DNA of 64,000 nucleotides from a virus (Duplodnaviria; Heunggongvirae; Uroviricota; Caudoviricetes): IMG/VR virus record IMGVR_UViG_3300028833_000063, positions 1 to 64,000 of that record; one strand, 5' to 3'. Shown piece by piece: positions 57,497 to 64,000 of this stretch (position 1 is its first letter; each line of letters starts with the position of its first letter). The notes under the pieces were generated by a model. It saw only the letters and a program-made list of their open reading frames with translations, ran no database searches and was not told where the DNA came from. The position numbers and the translations under genes were made by a program.

Positions 57497-59269
57497 ATGA
57501 AATATAAGTTGAAGAAAAACTATACGACCGACCCAGAAGCTGCGCTAGAAGAAATTCTAAAAGACCGCGGCGTTACCGATATAGAAAATTTTATGTGTCC
57601 TACGCCCGCGTGCGAATTAAATCCATATAATTTAGAGAATATTGAAGCCGCGGCAGAACGTCTATTATATCATTTGAGGAAGGGAAGCTCCATACTGTTT
57701 AATATTGATTGCGATGCTGACGGGTTCACAAGCAGCGCAATTCTATGGCTATATATAAAACATATTTTCCCAGAAGCAAATCTGCACTTTATGGTACACA
57801 CTCATAAGCAGCACGGGCTAGATGATAAGATTGATTGGCTTGAGGATAATCCAGACTATGATCTTGTATTATGCCCTGACTCGAGTAGTTATGATAAAGA
57901 AGAACATAGACGTCTTGGCGAACTAGGAATTGATGTAATAGTACTTGACCACCACGAGCAAGAATTTGATCAAGACGGGAATCCAGTTATATCAGATTCT
58001 CCAAATACTATTATTGTAAATAATCAGTTATCTCCTAATTATACAAATAAGTCTTTATGCGGTGCAGGAGTAGTATATAAGTTCTGTGAAGTACTCGATG
58101 ATATATTGGGCATTGATCAAGCGCACAATTACATAGATCTCGCCGCTTTAGGAGAAATTGCAGATGTAATGGATAGAACAGATATAGAAACCAATTATAT
58201 TATGATGGAAGGACTACGGCATATACATAATGAAGGCTTCCGCGCCCTTATTGAAGCGCAATCTTTCTCTTTAAAAGAAAAAGCAATATCTCCCTATCCC
58301 GGTCTAAGTCCAATTGATATCGCCTTCTATATCGCCCCTCTTATTAATGCTATTACAAGAGTAGGCTCAACAGAAGAAAAAGAAACAATGTTCTATTGTT
58401 TTATTGAACCAAATAAAGCAATGCAAAGTACAAAGCGTGGCGCGAAACCAGGCGATATTGAATATGCGGCAGAGCAGACCGCGCGCGTAGGTAAAAACGC
58501 AAAGGCGCGGCAAGATCGTTTAAAAGAACAGGCGCTAGGAATAGTAGATTTTAAGATTCAAAAAGATTGCTTAGATGATAATAATATAATTTTGGTAGAA
58601 TTAGATGCATCAGACAATGTACCGCAAGAACTAACTGGCCTCATTGCTATGAATGTTGTTACTAAATATCATAAGCCTGTTATGATTGGCCGCCGCAATA
58701 ATAGCAATGAAATTCAAGGAAGTATCCGTTCTGATGGAAATTTCGCAGGGTTGCCTAGTTTTAAGAAGTTCTTGGAAGATAGTAAACTACTCAATTATAC
58801 TGCAGGGCATGATAATGCTTGCGGCTGGGGCTTGAATGGAAACAGAGTTGAATCCCTTATTGACTACGCTAATAAACATTTAAGTGCTTCAGACTTTGAA
58901 AATTGTTATCTTGTAGATTATATCTTAAAGGCTTCAGATTATAATGATGAGCTTATCGCTGCGCTTGCCTCTCACCCTGAATATTTCGGTAACCATATTG
59001 ATGAAGTACGAATTGTAGTAGAGAATATTCCACTAATGAGCGTAATGCCGATGGGTGCGAATAAAGATAGTCTGAAGATTTCTTATAACAATATTGATTA
59101 TGTGCGCTTTAAAGATTCAGATTTTGTAGAACAAGTTATGGAAGATAGGACAAAATTACTTACTATCTATGGGCGCGGAAATCTTAATACATTCAATGGG
59201 CGTACTTCAGTTCAAGTATTTATTGATGACTATGAACTAAAAGAAGATAATAGTAAGTATGACTTTTGA
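57497..59269 (+). CDS. RecJ-like DHH/DHHA1 phosphoesterase (ssDNA exonuclease-like)
   Basis: DHH motifs NIDCDADGFTSSAIL, CPDSS, VLDHHEQ; C-terminal AGHDNACGWG. Confidence 0.7.
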   Translation: MKYKLKKNYTTDPEAALEEILKDRGVTDIENFMCPTPACELNPYNLENIEAAAERLLYHLRKGSSILFNIDCDADGFTSSAILWLYIKHIFPEANLHFMVHTHKQHGLDDKIDWLEDNPDYDLVLCPDSSSYDKEEHRRLGELGIDVIVLDHHEQEFDQDGNPVISDSPNTIIVNNQLSPNYTNKSLCGAGVVYKFCEVLDDILGIDQAHNYIDLAALGEIADVMDRTDIETNYIMMEGLRHIHNEGFRALIEAQSFSLKEKAISPYPGLSPIDIAFYIAPLINAITRVGSTEEKETMFYCFIEPNKAMQSTKRGAKPGDIEYAAEQTARVGKNAKARQDRLKEQALGIVDFKIQKDCLDDNNIILVELDASDNVPQELTGLIAMNVVTKYHKPVMIGRRNNSNEIQGSIRSDGNFAGLPSFKKFLEDSKLLNYTAGHDNACGWGLNGNRVESLIDYANKHLSASDFENCYLVDYILKASDYNDELIAALASHPEYFGNHIDEVRIVVENIPLMSVMPMGANKDSLKISYNNIDYVRFKDSDFVEQVMEDRTKLLTIYGRGNLNTFNGRTSVQVFIDDYELKEDNSKYDF

Positions 59270-59277
59270 GGTGGAAT

Positions 59278-59508
59278 ATGTGTGAATATTGTCAAAAGGA
59301 AGACCCTAAAAGTATAAGTAGTTTGTATTCTGAATCATTTGATGATGAACTAACTTCAGCAAAAGTAAGTTTAAATATTGGAAAAGGGGCGTTATTAATT
59401 ATAAATGCTCATTGCTATGATGCTTTAAGAAAAACACAGATAGGAATGGCAACTTCATTCGGTATTAAATATTGCCCCTGGTGTGGAAGAAAAGTGGCAG
59501 AGGATTAA
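59278..59508 (+). CDS. zinc-ribbon protein
   Basis: CEYCQK...CPWCG; GAGGTGG RBS. Confidence 0.45.
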   Translation: MCEYCQKEDPKSISSLYSESFDDELTSAKVSLNIGKGALLIINAHCYDALRKTQIGMATSFGIKYCPWCGRKVAED

Positions 59509-59517
59509 CAATGTTTT

Positions 59518-59546
59518 TTGACTTTTAATAAAATTTGTGATATAAT
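59518..59546 (+). promoter_or_regulatory. conserved promoter copy
   Basis: TTGACTTTTAATAAAATTTGTGATATAAT. Confidence 0.6.
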
Positions 59547-59569
59547 AGATATAGATAGGAGGAATGTAA

Positions 59570-62500
59570 ATGTTGAAATATCCAGGTTCTTGTCATAACC
59601 ACACGATGTTTAGCAATGAAACCCTGCGGGATAGCACAAATCGCGTTGAAGATTTGTTTAATCTTGCAATACAGCTAGGACATGAATGTATGGCTATTAC
59701 AGATCATGAAACTATATCAAGTTATATCAAAGCAGAAAAGTATTATAAGAAAATTAAGAAAGAGCATCCGGATTTTAAGTTGATTCGTGGTAATGAAATC
59801 TATCTAACACGAAACGGTTTAAATGCAAAGAATTTTGATAGGACGAAAGATAGGTATTTTCACTTTATTCTTCTTGCACGAGATCTAGAAGGATATCATC
59901 AAATTTGTCAATTATCAACTCGCGCATGGAACCGCTCGTATATGAGTAGAAAGATGCGGCGGCGTCCAACTTATTATTCAGATTTGAAGGAAATCGTAAA
60001 GCCAAATCAAGGACATTTGATTGCGAGCAGCGCTTGTTTAGGTTCGCAATTGGATAGATTTCTTCTTCAATATATGGATACAGGTGATATAGAATACTAT
60101 GAAACAGCGAAACGTTGGTGCCTATATATTGAAGATATATTTGGTAAGGGAAATTTCTATTTGGAGATGCAACCTTCAAATGGAAAAGAACAGGTATTTG
60201 TAAATAAGCAACTTTTACGAATCAGTAAAGAGCTTGGAATCAAATATATTATTACAACTGATAGTCATTATGGGCGACCAGAAGATGCGGCTGTTCATGA
60301 AGCATTTCTTAATTCTCAGGACGGCGAGCGTGAAGTTCGTTCATTCTATGCGACAACATATATGATGTCGGATGAAGAGATTAGGGGCTTTTTTCAATAT
60401 TTAAGCGAAAATGAGCTTCAAGCTGCATATTCTTCAATTAAAGAGATTAAAGATAGATGTGAAGATTTTAGTGTTTTGAAACCATTGAAAATTCCAAGTT
60501 TACCTTGGCGTCAATTTTTTGATAGAAGTAAAGATGAGGTAAATACTTATGTTCAATTAATGCCAGCTTTGGAAAATTTTGTTAATTCTCCATATGAAGC
60601 TGATAGAGTATTGGTACTAGCATTAATTACAGGTATCGAAAACCATAAAGATTTACATAATAAAGAAGCATTGAACGCATTAAACGAATGTCTTGAAATG
60701 ACCTGGCAATCTTCTCAAGTGAATAATGCACAATGGTCAGCATACTTCTTAAATCTTCAAAAAATTATAGATGAATGTTGGAACGCTGGCAGTATTGTTC
60801 TCCCAGCAAGAGGTTCCGGTGGTGGATTTGTTCTTCTGTATGCATTGGATATTATACAGATAAATTGCTTGCGCGAAAAGACAAAGATGTATCCTTGGAG
60901 ATTCCTTAATCCATCTCGTGTCTCCGTACTTGATATTGATGTTGACATTGAGGGGCTTCGGCGCGGACAGGTCTTGGAGCATCTTAGAAAAGCATATGGC
61001 GAAAACCGGGTATCAAATGTAGCAACTTTTAGAACTGAAAAGTCTCGTTCGGCAATCTTAACTGCGGCTAGAGGATTAGGAATTGATGTTGATGAAGCAT
61101 CATATATTGCAAATCTTATTAGCGCAGAGCGCGGTCAATCATATACATTGAAACAAATGTATTATGGAGACGAAGAAGCGGGAATTGAGCCAAATCAAAC
61201 CTTTATTAATGAAATTAGCAAGCATCCTCAACTTTGGGAAATTGCAAGTCGTATTGAAGGACTAATTTGCGGGGTTGGTATCCACGCAGGTGGAGTCGTA
61301 TTTAAGGATGAAGATTTTACAGAATCAAGTGCATTGATGCGGGCGCCCGATGGCACGATTATTACTCAGTTTGAGCTACATGATTTGGAAGACGTTTCCG
61401 AAATTAAAATGGACTTGTTAAGCGTTGAGGCTGCGGATAAGATTCATACTTGTCTTGATTTGTTAGTAGAACAAGGATACGTAGAAAAGAAAGATACATT
61501 GCGCGAAACCTACGAGTCAGTTCTTAATGTATATAAAATAAATCGTGATGATGAAAAAATGTGGAATATGATTCAGAATCACGAGATTGTTAGTTTGTTT
61601 CAGATGGAACAGCAATCTGGAACAAGAGGAATCGCGCTCACGCATCCACGAAATGTTGACGAACTCGCCGTTCTTAATTCAGTTATTCGTCTAATGGCGA
61701 CTGAAAAAGGCGCAGAAAGTCCGTTGGATAAGTATGCAAGATTTCGTTTCCATCCTCATGATTGGGAACAAGAAATGATTCAGTATGGATTAACTGATAA
61801 TGAACGAGCGATTCTTCATAGAGAATTAGATATATCAGACGGAATGTCCATTACACAAGAACAGTTTATGCAGCTGGTTCAGTTGCCAGAATGTGGTGGC
61901 TGGGATCTACAATGGGCCGATAGGTTAAGAAAGAGTATTGCAAAGAAGAATCCAAAAGAGTATGAGCAATTAACAGTTGAATTTTTCGCGCGAGTAAAAG
62001 AAAAACAACTTAGTGAAAAGTTTTGTTCATATGTATGGAACGTCGAAGTTGCACTAAGCCGTGGTTATGGTTTTAATGCGAGCCATACATACGCCTATTC
62101 CATTGTTGCATTACAAGAAATGAATCTAGCGCGATTTTTTCCCATTATTTTTTGGAATACTGCAAACTTGATTGTAGATAGCGGCGGTTCTCAAACTGTT
62201 GAATATGATGAAGACGGAGAAGCTTCTATTGTAGTAGACAATGCGCCAGATGAAGATGAAGATGAAGAAGATCTGGAAGAGTGGGAAGAAGAAAATGAAA
62301 TAACCGAAGGCGAAAAAGAAGATAAGAAAAAAGAAAAAACTAAATCTGTTGATTATGGTAAGGTTGCGTCTGCAATAGGTAAATTCAATAGTTATGGAAT
62401 TAAGGTTTCGCCACCAGATATTAATACTTCTTCATTTACTTTTACACCAGTCGTAAAAGATAACGCAATTCTATATGGTTTACGTGGAATTACTCGACTT

Positions 62501-63535
62501 TCAATTTCAATCGTTAAAGATATTATTGCACAGCGTCCGTTTGTATCTATGCAGGATTTTCTTGAACGAATAAAAGTCAATAAGATTCAAATGTCAAACT
62601 TAATTAAATGTGGTGCATTTGATTCTTTAGTAGGAAAGCCGCGAGAACAAATTATGACAGATTACATCGCAATGGTGGCTGATCATAAAGAACGGTTAAC
62701 TTTACAGAATATGCAGATGCTTATTAATAAAAATTTAATCCCCGAAGATTTAAAATTTTATCAGAAATTATTTTTATTCAATAAGTTTCTTAAGACTTGT
62801 AAAAATGGTGATAATTATGAACTCAATGAAGCCGCAGTAAACTTTATTGGAAATAACTTTAGCGCCGATTTAATAGACAATGGAACACAAATACCGCAGG
62901 TTCGATGGGACAATGTTTATAAAAAGGCCATGGATCCAATGCGACTTTATTTAAAGGAAAATAAAGATACAGTACTTAGCGCACTAAATGATTCATTATA
63001 TCAAGAGATGTATGATAAGTATGCGAGTGGAAATATTTCACACTGGGAAATGGATTCTGTTTCATTTTATAGCCATGAACATGAACTCGCGGCTGCGGCG
63101 CATGATTATGATGACTTCTTTAGTCTGCCTGAAGAGCCAGAAGTAGAATATAGTTTTACCGGGAAGGACGGTAATGAAGTTAAAGTATTCCGTCTACGGA
63201 GAATCATTGGCACTGTAATTGATAAGAATAAAATGAAAAATACAGTTACATTGTTGACTCCAACTGGAGTTGTAAATGTAAAAGTTTATAAAAACCAGTA
63301 TGCATTATATGATAAGCGGCTTTCTCAGAAAGGAAACGATGGTATTAAGCACGTTTTAGAAAATAGTTGGTTTTCGCGCGGGACTCTTCTTATGGTACAA
63401 GGCATACGAAGAGGGCAAGACTTCGTGCCGAAAAAACGGAAAGATTCGTTTTATCCAGTAATATCTAAAATAACAAATGTAGATTCGGATGGAGTATTAA
63501 CATTCCAAACTGAAAGAATGGAGGTGGAAGAATGA
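59570..63535 (+). CDS. DNA polymerase III alpha subunit (DnaE/PolC-like, PHP domain)
   Basis: N-terminal PHP domain (HNHTMFS...ITDHETIS...ASSACLGS); polymerase core; OB-fold C-terminus; long acidic insert EDEDEEDLEEWEEENE; 1321 aa. Confidence 0.85.
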   Translation: MLKYPGSCHNHTMFSNETLRDSTNRVEDLFNLAIQLGHECMAITDHETISSYIKAEKYYKKIKKEHPDFKLIRGNEIYLTRNGLNAKNFDRTKDRYFHFILLARDLEGYHQICQLSTRAWNRSYMSRKMRRRPTYYSDLKEIVKPNQGHLIASSACLGSQLDRFLLQYMDTGDIEYYETAKRWCLYIEDIFGKGNFYLEMQPSNGKEQVFVNKQLLRISKELGIKYIITTDSHYGRPEDAAVHEAFLNSQDGEREVRSFYATTYMMSDEEIRGFFQYLSENELQAAYSSIKEIKDRCEDFSVLKPLKIPSLPWRQFFDRSKDEVNTYVQLMPALENFVNSPYEADRVLVLALITGIENHKDLHNKEALNALNECLEMTWQSSQVNNAQWSAYFLNLQKIIDECWNAGSIVLPARGSGGGFVLLYALDIIQINCLREKTKMYPWRFLNPSRVSVLDIDVDIEGLRRGQVLEHLRKAYGENRVSNVATFRTEKSRSAILTAARGLGIDVDEASYIANLISAERGQSYTLKQMYYGDEEAGIEPNQTFINEISKHPQLWEIASRIEGLICGVGIHAGGVVFKDEDFTESSALMRAPDGTIITQFELHDLEDVSEIKMDLLSVEAADKIHTCLDLLVEQGYVEKKDTLRETYESVLNVYKINRDDEKMWNMIQNHEIVSLFQMEQQSGTRGIALTHPRNVDELAVLNSVIRLMATEKGAESPLDKYARFRFHPHDWEQEMIQYGLTDNERAILHRELDISDGMSITQEQFMQLVQLPECGGWDLQWADRLRKSIAKKNPKEYEQLTVEFFARVKEKQLSEKFCSYVWNVEVALSRGYGFNASHTYAYSIVALQEMNLARFFPIIFWNTANLIVDSGGSQTVEYDEDGEASIVVDNAPDEDEDEEDLEEWEEENEITEGEKEDKKKEKTKSVDYGKVASAIGKFNSYGIKVSPPDINTSSFTFTPVVKDNAILYGLRGITRLSISIVKDIIAQRPFVSMQDFLERIKVNKIQMSNLIKCGAFDSLVGKPREQIMTDYIAMVADHKERLTLQNMQMLINKNLIPEDLKFYQKLFLFNKFLKTCKNGDNYELNEAAVNFIGNNFSADLIDNGTQIPQVRWDNVYKKAMDPMRLYLKENKDTVLSALNDSLYQEMYDKYASGNISHWEMDSVSFYSHEHELAAAAHDYDDFFSLPEEPEVEYSFTGKDGNEVKVFRLRRIIGTVIDKNKMKNTVTLLTPTGVVNVKVYKNQYALYDKRLSQKGNDGIKHVLENSWFSRGTLLMVQGIRRGQDFVPKKRKDSFYPVISKITNVDSDGVLTFQTERMEVEE

Positions 63536-64000
63536 TAGGGCTTGTAGACTTACATTGGCAGCAGGCGGATCTTGATCTTCCGCCTCCTAATTTAGAAATT
63601 ATGAAATTAGCTGAATATTATAAGCGTGAAGAAAATATATTCTGCCGCATTATTGGGCTTGAAGAAACTGAATTTGGCGGCTATGATAAAATATATGTCT
63701 TTAGTGAAAATGACAATTATATTACAGTGCCAGATGCCTTTAAGTAGACTACTAATGTAATATATGGTGGTTCGGCTTTTACTAATAAGAAATATGTACC
63801 ATTTCAAAATGAATTAATAGATTATACATTACCCAAACCTAATATATATGGGCGCTTGCTAAAAGAAAAATACTAGGCTGGCGCGAAAGAAATAAATATA
63901 GATCATATACTTGAAGATTCTTATTACAGACGCTTTGCTGGAGAAAAAGAATTACCAATACCGCCAATTATGCGGCAAAAGCGTTTCTATATTTATGATC
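63532..64000 (+). CDS. hypothetical protein, 3'-partial, at least two in-frame TAG codons
   Basis: ATGA-coupled to the polymerase gene; frame continues through TAG at 63745 and at about 63874 to the window end. Confidence 0.45.

Noticed and set aside
62200-62350. Acidic insert in the Pol III alpha gene as a possible intein
   Set aside because: It is only about 40 residues of low-complexity Asp/Glu/Lys. There are no intein splicing blocks, no Cys/Ser/Thr boundary residues and no C-terminal HN.

Overview
This window reads as a contiguous piece of a large AT-rich bacteriophage genome. Every credible gene is on the + strand, and genes are tightly packed with frequent ATGA or TAATG start/stop overlaps.

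The most striking property is that TAG is not used as a stop codon. No gene I call ends in TAG; all end in TAA or TGA. At least eleven genes carry one to about twenty in-frame TAG codons, and protein-family similarity continues across them. These include a family-2 glycosyltransferase, a 969-codon protein at 23108-26017, a ClpP-like protease, a DNA methyltransferase and a zinc-finger nuclease. In the glycosyltransferase a TAG sits exactly where the family consensus has Gln. I therefore infer genome-wide amber reassignment, most likely to Gln. A matching suppressor tRNA with anticodon CUA was not found in this window.

Other content:
- At least 19 copies of one sigma70-like promoter, TTGACTTTT-N-AAATTTATGATATAAT, several fused to intrinsic terminators.
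- GC-rich intergenic islands holding at least 14 tRNAs plus structured RNA that is not tRNA. One such block of about 860 nt lies between two tRNAs and could be a large ornate ncRNA.
- A bacterial-type replisome: DnaB-like helicase, DnaG-type primase, PolIII-alpha-like polymerase with a PHP domain, RecJ-like exonuclease, SSB-like protein, and T4-like type II topoisomerase subunits.
- An RNA repair or tRNA maintenance gene set: SAM methyltransferase, P-loop kinase, phosphoesterase, a vWA protein that may be Ro60-like, a nucleotidyltransferase, an HD-like protein and an RNA ligase.
- A MoxR AAA+ ATPase paired with a metallopeptidase-vWA protein.
- A recombination ATPase interrupted by a roughly 1 kb group-I-like intron that carries a LAGLIDADG homing endonuclease.
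- An AT-richer putative restriction-modification cassette inserted between the two topoisomerase genes.
- A nucleobase permease, a nucleoside deoxyribosyltransferase, a dNMP kinase, RNase H, a DNA ligase, a PhoH-like protein, a ClpP-like protease, an SPFH protein and two HNH endonucleases.
- A long run of small zinc-ribbon proteins and an iteron-like candidate origin.

Coordinates for tRNAs and small ORFs are approximate.
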